Positions 8,129-15,745 of a stretch of DNA of 16,983 nucleotides are shown here, one piece after another. The position numbers and the translations under genes are program-made. Origin of the DNA: an uncultured Oscillospiraceae bacterium. GTDB taxonomy: Bacteria > Bacillota > Clostridia > UBA1212 > SIG427. Each line of letters starts with the position of its first letter. Position 1 is the stretch's first letter. The stretch covers positions 1-16,983 of the forward strand of contig CABQMV010000029.1 of the NCBI GenBank assembly GCA_902465325.1. The letters run 5' to 3'. Under the pieces are notes generated by a model. The model saw nothing but the letters and a program-made list of their open reading frames with translations, searched no databases and had not been told where the DNA came from.

Positions 8129-9005
8129 ATTTATCCCAGAATTTATTTTCGTTAATTAAGCAGTTTATTTCGCCTCCAATGAACAGCATATACATACAGA
8201 TGTAAAGCCACAGCATCAGCAGTACAATGGTGGTAAGGCTACCGTAGAGGTTGGAATAGTTGGCGATATTGTCTACATAAAAGGCGTACAGATACGAAAA
8301 GCCGATCCAGCCTACTGCAGTCAGCAGCGCTCCCGGCAGCTCCTTAAAGAAATTGCCCCGGCGGTCCGGCATCATTACATACATCAAATCAAAGAAAAGT
8401 GCCAGCAGCGCCAGTCCTGTGACGCCGCGAAGGTCCATGATGATCGCTGCAATTTCTGCCAATACCGGGGTGCTGGAGGCAAGCCATTTGTAAAGCGTGT
8501 TTCCGAATACCATGATAATCAGCATCACTAATAGAATTAATAAAAAGGCCAGTGTTTCTATAACAGAATAAAACCGTATAATAATGTAGCTTCTGGACTC
8601 TGTGTTTTCATATACGGAATTCATTCCTCTGCGTATTGCCAGCAATCCTTTGGAAGCAGACCATAATGCAGTAATGGCAGTAATAGATATAACTGTACCG
8701 GAGGCATTAATATGGATTTCTGCCAAAAGCTCGTTGACAAATTTTGTGACGGCTTCCGGCAATATACCTGTGACAAGAGCGCCGGTTTCATCAAGAGGAA
8801 TCGGAATGTAATTTAAAAGTGTCAGCAGCAGCATTACAAAAGGAAAAAACGAAATGATAATAAAGAATGCACTCTGAGCTGCATAAGCAGTAACCGCATG
8901 CCGCGACAGCCGTTCCAAAAAATCCGATACCGGATTGATAAACGGCCTTAACCTGACTATTTTCCTTTTGGTTTTCATACTCAGATTTGGCTGCAGCTTT
9001 TTCAT
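8088..9005 (-). CDS. YihY/BrkB-family integral membrane protein. The start is probably the internal ATG at 9005 rather than the ORF-track start at 9086.
   Basis: A six-helix hydrophobic protein with the conserved YihY N-terminus ...RLSRHAVTAYAAQSAFFIIISFFPFVMLLL... and the core FIGGEIN.... An AGGAGA RBS (9013-9018) lies 7 nt upstream of the ATG at 9005. The ATG at 9086 has only a 4-nt spaced SD and lies upstream of the putative promoter. Confidence 0.7.
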   Translation of the reverse strand: MKKLQPNLSMKTKRKIVRLRPFINPVSDFLERLSRHAVTAYAAQSAFFIIISFFPFVMLLLTLLNYIPIPLDETGALVTGILPEAVTKFVNELLAEIHINASGTVISITAITALWSASKGLLAIRRGMNSVYENTESRSYIIIRFYSVIETLAFLLILLVMLIIMVFGNTLYKWLASSTPVLAEIAAIIMDLRGVTGLALLALFFDLMYVMMPDRRGNFFKELPGALLTAVGWIGFSYLYAFYVDNIANYSNLYGSLTTIVLLMLWLYICMYMLFIGGEINCLINENKFWDKFRRKRHGRKRSRA

Positions 9006-9027
9006 TCTTTTATCTCCTGTAGATATT

Positions 9028-9056
9028 ATATTAATATAACAGACAAAATTATTCAA
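9028..9056 (-). promoter_or_regulatory. Putative promoter for the yihY-like gene (TTGAAT-17-TAATAT on the minus strand).
   Basis: Reverse complement of 9051-9056 is TTGAAT and of 9028-9033 is TAATAT (17-nt spacer), with an overlapping TATAAT at 9025-9030. Weak call made by eye. Confidence 0.3.
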
Positions 9057-9106
9057 GTGTTCTCCTTGCTGCTTTGTTCTTTTCAATATAGACTCCTGCC
9101 TGCGGT

Positions 9107-9134
9107 TTGCAAAAATTTTCCGGCGGCGTATAAT
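9107..9134 (+). promoter_or_regulatory. Putative sigmaA promoter for the ABC exporter: TTGCAA, 16-nt spacer, TATAAT.
   Basis: TATAAT at 9129-9134 and TTGCAA at 9107-9112. RBS TGGAGGG at 9149-9156 before the ATG at 9161. Confidence 0.4.
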
Positions 9135-9160
9135 GAATAGTTGTATTTTGGAGGGATCGT

Positions 9161-10897
9161 ATGAAGTCTTTTAAAAAATTTGCACATTATTATAAACCGT
9201 ATATTGGACTCATTCTTTTAGATTTGCTGTGTGCTGGCATATCCGCAGGCTGTGAGCTGGTATTGCCTTTGATTGTAAGGCATATTACGGGAGATGCGCT
9301 GGCGGGAGAGGCCGGTCATATAATCGGATCGGTGGTGCGGCTGGGACTGTTGTACCTGGCGCTGCGCATGGTTGATGTGGGTGCTAATTACTATATGTCC
9401 TATATTGGACATACTACCGGCGTAAGGCTGGAGACTGACATGCGCCGAGATCTGTTTGCCCATCTTGCAGAGCTTCCGTTTTCTTTTTATGACAATACAA
9501 AGGTGGGACAGATCATGTCCCGGGTAACCAACGACCTATTTGATATTACAGAATTTTCCCACCACTGTCCGGAGGAATTCTTTATTGCAGGGCTGAAAAT
9601 CATTGGTTCCTTTATTATTTTAATGACTGTTAATATACCGCTGACCCTAATTATTTTTGCGCTGCTGCCTTTGATGCTGGTTTCCGTGCTGCTTTTCAGG
9701 AAGAAAATGAGAGCAGCCTTTAAAAAATCCAGAGTACAGACTGGCGAACTGAATTCTGATTTGGAAGATTGCCTTTTGGGGATTCGCGTAGTGAAGAGCT
9801 TTGCCAATGAAGAGGTGGAGAAAGAAAAATTTGGAAGGGGAAACAACAAATTTCTGGAGATTAAGAAAGAGGCGTACAAATATATGGCCGGCTTTAATGC
9901 GGGCACAAGATTCTTTGAGGGGGTTATGTATGTGGCGGTTATTGTAATCGGCGCGGTTTTTATGCAACGCCAGCAAATCACTGCAGCAGACCTGATTGCT
10001 TATCTGCTCTATATTCAGAGCCTGTTAACCTCAATTCGGAGAATTGTGGAATTTACAGAGCAGTTTCAAAAGGGGATTACCGGCATTGAACGGTTCCAGG
10101 AGCTTATGGATGTACCGGTTTCTATCGCTGACCTGCCCGGCGCAGTGCCGTTGACCGGTGTACGCGGAGAAATCGAATTCAGGGATGTGACTTTTTCTTA
10201 TGGAGAGGGAGGCCCTGTTCTGGCGCACTTTGATTTGAAAGTGGCCAGCGGTGAAAATGTGGCGCTGGTAGGTCCCTCTGGAGCGGGAAAGACTACGGTA
10301 TGCAATTTGATTCCCCGCTTCTATCAGCCAGATGCGGGAACGATTACTTTAGACGGACATGATATCAGCCGGGTAACGCTGGATTCCCTCCGAAGGAATA
10401 TTGGTATGGTACAGCAGGAGGTTTATCTTTTCAGCGGCAGTGTGGCAGATAACATTGCCTATGGAAATCTTTCTGCCCAAAGAGAGAAAATTGAAGCGGC
10501 TGCAAAGGCCGCCGGCGCTCACTCTTTTATCTGTCAGCTGGAAAACGGCTACGATACCTATGTAGGGGAAAGAGGCGTGAAACTTTCTGGAGGACAGAAG
10601 CAGAGAATCTCCATTGCAAGATTGTTTCTGAAAAATCCGCCGGTGGTTATTTTAGATGAGGCTACTTCTGCATTGGATAATGAGAGTGAGCGGCTTGTGC
10701 AGAAATCTCTGGAGCGGCTGGCCCAGGGCAGGACTACCATTACCATAGCGCATCGGCTAAGTACAATAAAAAATGCCGACCGCATAGTTGTACTGTGCGA
10801 GGACGGCATAAGGGAGCAGGGAACACACCAGGAGCTGCTGCGCTCCGGCGGAGAGTACGCTAAGCTCTATGGTCAAACTCTTGATCCGTTATTATAA
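9161..10897 (+). CDS. ABC transporter fused permease/ATP-binding protein (MsbA/type-I exporter-like).
   Basis: N-terminal six-helix transmembrane domain. Walker A GPSGAGKTT, ABC signature LSGGQKQRISIARL, Walker B VVILDEATSALD, H-loop IAHRLST. Confidence 0.9.
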   Translation: MKSFKKFAHYYKPYIGLILLDLLCAGISAGCELVLPLIVRHITGDALAGEAGHIIGSVVRLGLLYLALRMVDVGANYYMSYIGHTTGVRLETDMRRDLFAHLAELPFSFYDNTKVGQIMSRVTNDLFDITEFSHHCPEEFFIAGLKIIGSFIILMTVNIPLTLIIFALLPLMLVSVLLFRKKMRAAFKKSRVQTGELNSDLEDCLLGIRVVKSFANEEVEKEKFGRGNNKFLEIKKEAYKYMAGFNAGTRFFEGVMYVAVIVIGAVFMQRQQITAADLIAYLLYIQSLLTSIRRIVEFTEQFQKGITGIERFQELMDVPVSIADLPGAVPLTGVRGEIEFRDVTFSYGEGGPVLAHFDLKVASGENVALVGPSGAGKTTVCNLIPRFYQPDAGTITLDGHDISRVTLDSLRRNIGMVQQEVYLFSGSVADNIAYGNLSAQREKIEAAAKAAGAHSFICQLENGYDTYVGERGVKLSGGQKQRISIARLFLKNPPVVILDEATSALDNESERLVQKSLERLAQGRTTITIAHRLSTIKNADRIVVLCEDGIREQGTHQELLRSGGEYAKLYGQTLDPLL

Positions 10898-11471
10898 GAT
10901 CTTCCGCGACGGCTTTCACATACTTTGATACTCGGCTGATGGTCCAGATATCGGATATTCCCACAAGCATCAGACAGATTCCCACCAGGCGGGCGATGTC
11001 CAGGGTGGCTTCAAAGGGATCGGCAATAACCAGCACGCCCAGCCCAATCGTCATAAAAGAAAGAAGAAGTGCAATCCACTACAGTGGATAGTGATTTCTG
11101 TGAAGCTCCAGTGCCTTTTGAAATTTTACAAAGCTGTCGATCACAATAATCAGTCCCATAACAAAGCCTATGCTTTCTGCTACGATGCTGTATTTTACAA
11201 TAAAAAAGATCCCGATTCCTGCGGCGATCAGGCCGTTGATCATGCCGAATCCGTAGAAGCTGCCGTCTCCGTGGTCAGCAAAGTTCCCTATTACAATAAT
11301 CAATCCGTAAATCAGCAGCAGGCCGCCAAAGGCATAGCAGACCAGCCTTCCCATCGTTTCGGGCCATATGGTCAGGCAGATGCCCACAATTACATAAAAT
11401 ATGGCGGTCAAAATGTAGCTCTTCTTTAGCTTTGTCAGAAAATTTTTCATATCGTATACACCTCCGGGCAC
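10860..11471 (-). pseudogene. HdeD/DUF308-like six-helix membrane protein interrupted by a single in-frame amber codon (TAG at 11079-11081, minus strand). The two ORF-track pieces, 11079..11471 and 10860..11054, are in the same frame.
   Basis: Both pieces are in frame 2 mod 3. The reading is ...LELHRNHYPL-TAG-WIALLLSFMTIGLGVLVIADPFEATLDIARLVGICLMLVGISDIW.... Hydrophobic helices with the G-x-x-x-I-x-x-G periodicity of DUF308 continue across the stop. The combined length of about 204 aa fits the family. RBS GGAGGTG before the ATG at 11471. Confidence 0.6.
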
Positions 11472-11617
11472 GGTTTAAAGGAAACCTGCAACTATTATTT
11501 TACTGTAGTATACCATAAACGGCATAAAATATCTTCAGAAATTTATTCTGGCGGGTTCATTAAAGGTGAGAGTTCCTGTTTGCAGCAGGAGGTATTCCTA
11601 TGTTGGACATAGAGCCG

Positions 11618-11646
11618 TTGACAAGAATATTGTAAAAAAGTATAAT
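11618..11646 (+). promoter_or_regulatory. Consensus sigmaA promoter (TTGACA-17-TATAAT) for the dockerin-hydrolase, cohesin and PAP2 operon.
   Basis: TTGACA at 11618-11623, an exact 17-nt spacer, TATAAT at 11641-11646. The ATG at 11709 has the RBS GAAGGG 9 nt upstream. Confidence 0.6.
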
Positions 11647-11708
11647 AAAAAAGTATTACATAGGAAGAAGCTCCGTTTTTTTGTTTATAAGGAAAGAAGG
11701 GACGCGAA

Positions 11709-13703
11709 ATGCAGCATTTTACCAAGAAAAAGATCTTGATTACCGCAGTGCTGGCGGTTGTTATGATAAGTCTCACAGTAGCGGGAGTGATCAGTCTGGC
11801 TGCTGTTCAAACCGGCATGGTTAATATTGTAGATGACACGCTGAATGTCAGAACGGGTCCCGGAAAATCTTATCAGGTTATTGATGTACTGGATACGGGA
11901 GATATTATTACAATTACCGATTCTCAAAAGGACACAGATGGCAATGTCTGGTATAAAATGTCTATTTCTAAAAACGGCAAGACGATAACCGGTTTTGTAC
12001 ACTCTTATTACATCACTCTGCTGCCGGATTCCTCTGCCGATACGGCTTTTGAGCAGGAGATGGTAAAGCAGGGCTTCCCCGACAGCTATAAGCCGTATTT
12101 GAGACTTCTGCACAAGCAGTACCCAAACTGGAAGTTTGTATCTTTGCAGACGGGCTTGGATTTTAATACGGTTATTACGAATGAAAGCAAGCTGGGCGAC
12201 AATTTGGTGCCGAATTATGCCAGTACTAAATCCTCCTGGAAATCTATGCAGGACGGTGCTTTTAACTGGGAGAAGAACGACTGGGTGGTGCTCAGCGGTT
12301 CTTATTCCGTACAGGCTTCTTCTGAGATTATACGGTATTTTATGGATCCCAGGAATTTTTTGAATGCCGAGGATATTTTTCAGTTTGAATTGCTTACGTA
12401 TTCCTCCTCTCAGACAGTAGAAGGGGTAAATGCGATTATAAAAGACACTTTCATGTACAACAATACAGTGCAGTCCGGTATGACTTATGCCCAGGCCTTT
12501 ATGCAGATAGGAAAGGAATTGAACGTAAGTCCGTATTTTCTGGCAAACCGGGTGAGACAGGAGCAGGGGGTTAACGGTACATCTCCTCTTATCTCCGGCA
12601 CAGTATCCGGGTATGAGGGGTACTATAATTATTTCAATATCAGTGCCAGCGGCTCGAATCAGAATTTAGTAATAGAAAACGGTTTGAAGAAAGCCAAAAG
12701 CGAAGGCTGGAATACGCGGTACAAAGCTCTGAAGGGCGGTGCGGAGGTCGTAGCGGCCAATTACATATTAAAAGGACAGGATACGCTGTATTTGCAGAAG
12801 TTTGATGTGGAGTCCAAATATAACGGCCTGTATTGGCACCAGTATATGCAGACACTGCAGGCGCCCTATGATGAAGGACATACTGCCAGAAGGGCTTACA
12901 ACAGCATGGGACTTCTGAGCAGCTCCTTTACTTTCAAAATTCCTGTGTACAATAATATGCCTTCCGCCGCCTGCGCAAAGCCTACAAAGGACGGCAATCC
13001 AAACTATAAGCTTTCTTCTATCAGTGTAAGCGGCTACAGCCTCACGCCCACATTTAGCGCAGACGTTTCCAGCTATAGCCTGATTGTGCCGTATTCGGTA
13101 AGTTCTGTTACTGTAAGCGCGAAACCCTATGCTGCCACTACTACGGTTTCCGGCACAGGCAGCAGGGCTCTGAATGTAGGCTCAAATACGGTTGTGATAA
13201 CGGCTACTGCACAAAACGGCGACCAGAAGACGTACACGCTGCTGATTACAAGAGAAAATGCGCCGGCAGGAGAAACCTCTGTACATTCTGACGTGCTGAA
13301 ATTTAACGGACAGACGGTATATGGTTTTTCACCGGGAATTACCGCTGAAAATGCGCTGAAGCTTATGAAGGTTACCAACGGAACAGGCGCCTTCTGCAAT
13401 AAGTCCGGGGAAAAGAAGAGCGGAACCCTGGTGACCGGAGATATTCTGAGAATATTTGACAACGCCGGAAAGGTTGTTAAAAATGAATATTCTGTTATAA
13501 TATTTGGTGATGTAAGCGGTGACGGAGCCATTGATGCTTTGGATTTGGTTTACATGAAGAGACATTTGTGGGATGTTTCCAAACTGTCTGGGGTATACAA
13601 ACTGGCCGCCGATGTGTCCCATACCGGCGGAGATGTACTGCCTCTGGATCTGGTATATCTTAAGAGACACGTCTGGAATATAAGCGAGATCGTACAGCAA
13701 TAA
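11709..13703 (+). CDS. Secreted or anchored cell-wall hydrolase: N-terminal signal or anchor, SH3b domain, glucosaminidase (GH73)-like catalytic region, cadherin-like beta-sandwich and C-terminal type-I dockerin.
   Basis: N-terminal hydrophobic ILITAVLAVVMISLTVAGVISLAA. SH3b-like NIVDDTLNVRTGPGKSYQVIDVLDTGDIITIT...NVWYKMS (about 11817-12014). FPDSYKPYLRLLHKQYPNWKF...YAQAFMQIGKELNVSPYFLANRVRQEQG...YNYFNI resembles glucosaminidase-family autolysins. Cadherin-like segment SSISVSGYSLTPTFSADVSSYSLIVPYSV...TYTLLITR (about 13005-13252). Dockerin GDVSGDGAIDALDLVYMKRHLW...ADVSHTGGDVLPLDLVYLKRHVWN (13506-13679). Confidence 0.75.
   Translation: MQHFTKKKILITAVLAVVMISLTVAGVISLAAVQTGMVNIVDDTLNVRTGPGKSYQVIDVLDTGDIITITDSQKDTDGNVWYKMSISKNGKTITGFVHSYYITLLPDSSADTAFEQEMVKQGFPDSYKPYLRLLHKQYPNWKFVSLQTGLDFNTVITNESKLGDNLVPNYASTKSSWKSMQDGAFNWEKNDWVVLSGSYSVQASSEIIRYFMDPRNFLNAEDIFQFELLTYSSSQTVEGVNAIIKDTFMYNNTVQSGMTYAQAFMQIGKELNVSPYFLANRVRQEQGVNGTSPLISGTVSGYEGYYNYFNISASGSNQNLVIENGLKKAKSEGWNTRYKALKGGAEVVAANYILKGQDTLYLQKFDVESKYNGLYWHQYMQTLQAPYDEGHTARRAYNSMGLLSSSFTFKIPVYNNMPSAACAKPTKDGNPNYKLSSISVSGYSLTPTFSADVSSYSLIVPYSVSSVTVSAKPYAATTTVSGTGSRALNVGSNTVVITATAQNGDQKTYTLLITRENAPAGETSVHSDVLKFNGQTVYGFSPGITAENALKLMKVTNGTGAFCNKSGEKKSGTLVTGDILRIFDNAGKVVKNEYSVIIFGDVSGDGAIDALDLVYMKRHLWDVSKLSGVYKLAADVSHTGGDVLPLDLVYLKRHVWNISEIVQQ
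13506..13679 (+). other. C-terminal dockerin type I module of the cell-wall hydrolase.
   Basis: Two Ca-binding loop plus helix repeats, GDVSGDGAIDALDLVYMKRHL and ADVSHTGGDVLPLDLVYLKRHV. Confidence 0.7.
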
Positions 13704-13720
13704 AGGGGATTTAGCATACA

Positions 13721-15745
13721 ATGAAGACTTTAAAAAGCAAATTACTGATTCTGTTGGCGTTCACGGTCATGGCCGTGTCTGTTTTGGGCGTTCCGATCCA
13801 GGCTGCCTCGGGAACCATGAGTATAACGGTGAGCAATGCGAATGTAAATGCAGGGGATAATTTCACGGTAACGGTCAGCTATACCGGCAGTACGGTTCTG
13901 GCCTATGCCAACTGGACGCTAAAGTACGATGACTCTCTGGTGTCCTGCGGCGGATACGGAGGGTCTATCCCGGACCGTTTTGATCCGGACCAGAGTGCCA
14001 ATGCCAAATCTTTTTCTCAGACCTATACCTTTACTGCGAAGGCAGTGGGGACGGTATCTTTCAGTATAGCGGATGAAGGCGTCTACAATTTGTATCCGGA
14101 AGACGGGGATTTGGTTACGCTTAATAAGAGTGGTGCCTCTGTTAAAATTTCCGCCAAGGGATCCAGCAATGCCAATTTGTCCAGCCTGAAGCTGTCGGCG
14201 GGCAGCCTGTCTCCTTCCTTTTCCAATGATGTATCCAGCTACACAGTTACTGTACCTAACAGTGTGGCTTCTATTTCTATAAGTGCTGTTGCGGCGGATT
14301 CCAAGGCGAGAGTGTCTGTCTCCGGAGCCAATGAGGTCCCTGTAGGAGACAGCAGCCGGGTGGTGATTGTGACTGCTGAGGATGGCACCGTCAAGAAGTT
14401 TACAATACATATTAACCGGGCGGCCAGTGTACCGCTGACGCCTATTGCCACGGCAACCCCGGTCACAACGCCTATGGCGACCTCCGGTACGCTGCCGGTC
14501 CCTACGACGGATCCCAGTAATCTCCCGGGAGAGCTGGAGGTGACAGCCAGCGGTGCGGTTCTTACGATTGTAGATAAGCCTGATACGGTAACGCTGCCAG
14601 TAGGCTTTACGGAAATCCAGTATACCTATAAAAGCAGGCAGGTGTGGGCTGCTCAGGCTGAGAATCAGGAGCTTATTATCCTGTATCTCCAGGATGAGGC
14701 CAATGAAAAGAGCGGCTTTTATGTATATGATGAAGTCAACGATGAGTTTTCAAAGTATATTATTCTGTACACGAGAAACAGCAGCTATACGCTGTTGCAG
14801 CTCCCGGAGATCGTTGCGGTTCCTGAGGGATATGTTGAAAAAATTGCCGTATTGGACGGTGAAAATGTCACGGTATGGGTTCCCGAGTCCATGAAATATA
14901 TGGAGGCGGAAATCTGTGAGTTCTATCTTGTGTACGCGATGAATCAGAATGGGGATAAAGGCTTTTATGTGTATGATACAGTAGAGCAGACCTTTCAGCG
15001 GTTCAGCAGTGATATAGGACTTCCTGTTTCTTCCCCTGTGCCTGATGATCCGGAGGCAACACCGGCACCGGATGTGGTAAATCCCGATGGAGATCCGGTG
15101 GAAACAGGTCTTTGGGATAGCTGTAAGGCATTTTTCTCCAGGATATTTTCAGGGGAAGCCAGAGCGGTGGATTGGCTTTTGTTTAGTCTGCTGTTGTTTA
15201 TGGTTTTATTAATTGTAGTATTGATTCTGTTTATTGTATATGCGGTTCAGAAGCACAGAGAGGAAGCGGTGGATGAGGACTTCCCTCTGGCAAAGAAAGA
15301 AGAGGGAAACCGGAATTTCCGCAAGACGAATTTATTTGAAATAGAGGAAGTTCCTATAGAAACGGAAGAACCGGAGAAGCCGGAGCCGGCAGAGGCACTG
15401 CCCGAGGCTGAGACGGATTCTTCAGAGGAGCAGGAAGTACCGGAAGAGCCGCCCGAGGAGATTGAAACACAGGAGAGCGCAGAGGCAGAAAGTACATACG
15501 GCGAAGCAGTGCCCTGGGAGGATACGCCGGCAGAGCCTCAGGATACGGAAGCTTTGCAGCAGGATCTGCAGGCTGAGCCGGAGCCAGAGACTGAGAATGA
15601 GGCTGAAGCGGAAGAGAATACAGAGGCGGAGAAAGAAACAGATCCCTTTGATTTTAATATTGAGGATTTAAAGAAAGCAGAGGAAAAACCTTGGGGTTTT
15701 GACGATGAAATAGGAGACGACTTCTTTAATGAAGATCAGAGTTAA
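13721..15745 (+). CDS. Membrane-anchored cohesin-domain protein (scaffoldin/anchor-like). Signal peptide, cohesin, cadherin-like domain, Pro/Thr linker, two tandem modules of about 82 aa, a transmembrane helix, and a long acidic Glu/Pro-rich cytoplasmic tail.
   Basis: Signal peptide MKTLKSKLLILLAFTVMAVSVLGVPIQA. Cohesin-like MSITVSNANVNAGDNFTVTVSYTG...ANWTLKYDDSLVS...TYTFTAKAVGTVSFSI (about 13808-14161). Cadherin-like SSLKLSAGSLSPSFSNDVSSYTVTVPNSV...KFTIHINR (about 14167-14419). Pro/Thr linker. Repeated ...GFYVYDEVNDEFSKY / ...GFYVYDTVEQTFQRF modules. Transmembrane helix WLLFSLLLFMVLLIVVLILFIVYAV (about 15170-15245). About 170 aa of Glu/Asp/Pro-rich tail ending ...PWGFDDEIGDDFFNEDQS. Confidence 0.75.
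   Translation: MKTLKSKLLILLAFTVMAVSVLGVPIQAASGTMSITVSNANVNAGDNFTVTVSYTGSTVLAYANWTLKYDDSLVSCGGYGGSIPDRFDPDQSANAKSFSQTYTFTAKAVGTVSFSIADEGVYNLYPEDGDLVTLNKSGASVKISAKGSSNANLSSLKLSAGSLSPSFSNDVSSYTVTVPNSVASISISAVAADSKARVSVSGANEVPVGDSSRVVIVTAEDGTVKKFTIHINRAASVPLTPIATATPVTTPMATSGTLPVPTTDPSNLPGELEVTASGAVLTIVDKPDTVTLPVGFTEIQYTYKSRQVWAAQAENQELIILYLQDEANEKSGFYVYDEVNDEFSKYIILYTRNSSYTLLQLPEIVAVPEGYVEKIAVLDGENVTVWVPESMKYMEAEICEFYLVYAMNQNGDKGFYVYDTVEQTFQRFSSDIGLPVSSPVPDDPEATPAPDVVNPDGDPVETGLWDSCKAFFSRIFSGEARAVDWLLFSLLLFMVLLIVVLILFIVYAVQKHREEAVDEDFPLAKKEEGNRNFRKTNLFEIEEVPIETEEPEKPEPAEALPEAETDSSEEQEVPEEPPEEIETQESAEAESTYGEAVPWEDTPAEPQDTEALQQDLQAEPEPETENEAEAEENTEAEKETDPFDFNIEDLKKAEEKPWGFDDEIGDDFFNEDQS
13808..14161 (+). 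other. Cohesin domain.
   Basis: Pattern I-x-V-x-x-x-x-A-x-x-G-D-x-x-x-V-x-V-x-x-x-G then x-x-Y-D-x-x-L, comparable by eye to type-I cohesins of CipA-like scaffoldins. Confidence 0.6.

Noticed and set aside
9025-9086. The ORF-track start of the yihY-like gene at 9086 (332 aa).
   Set aside because: The internal ATG at 9005 has an ideal AGGAGA Shine-Dalgarno 7 nt upstream and a candidate promoter lies downstream of 9086. I prefer the shorter 306-aa product.
11091-11429. 112-aa plus-strand ORF.
   Set aside because: It lies antisense inside the HdeD-like gene and has no supporting signals.
15462-15671. Arg/Lys-rich 69-aa ORF.
   Set aside because: It is the alternative frame of the GA-rich sequence encoding the cohesin protein's acidic tail.
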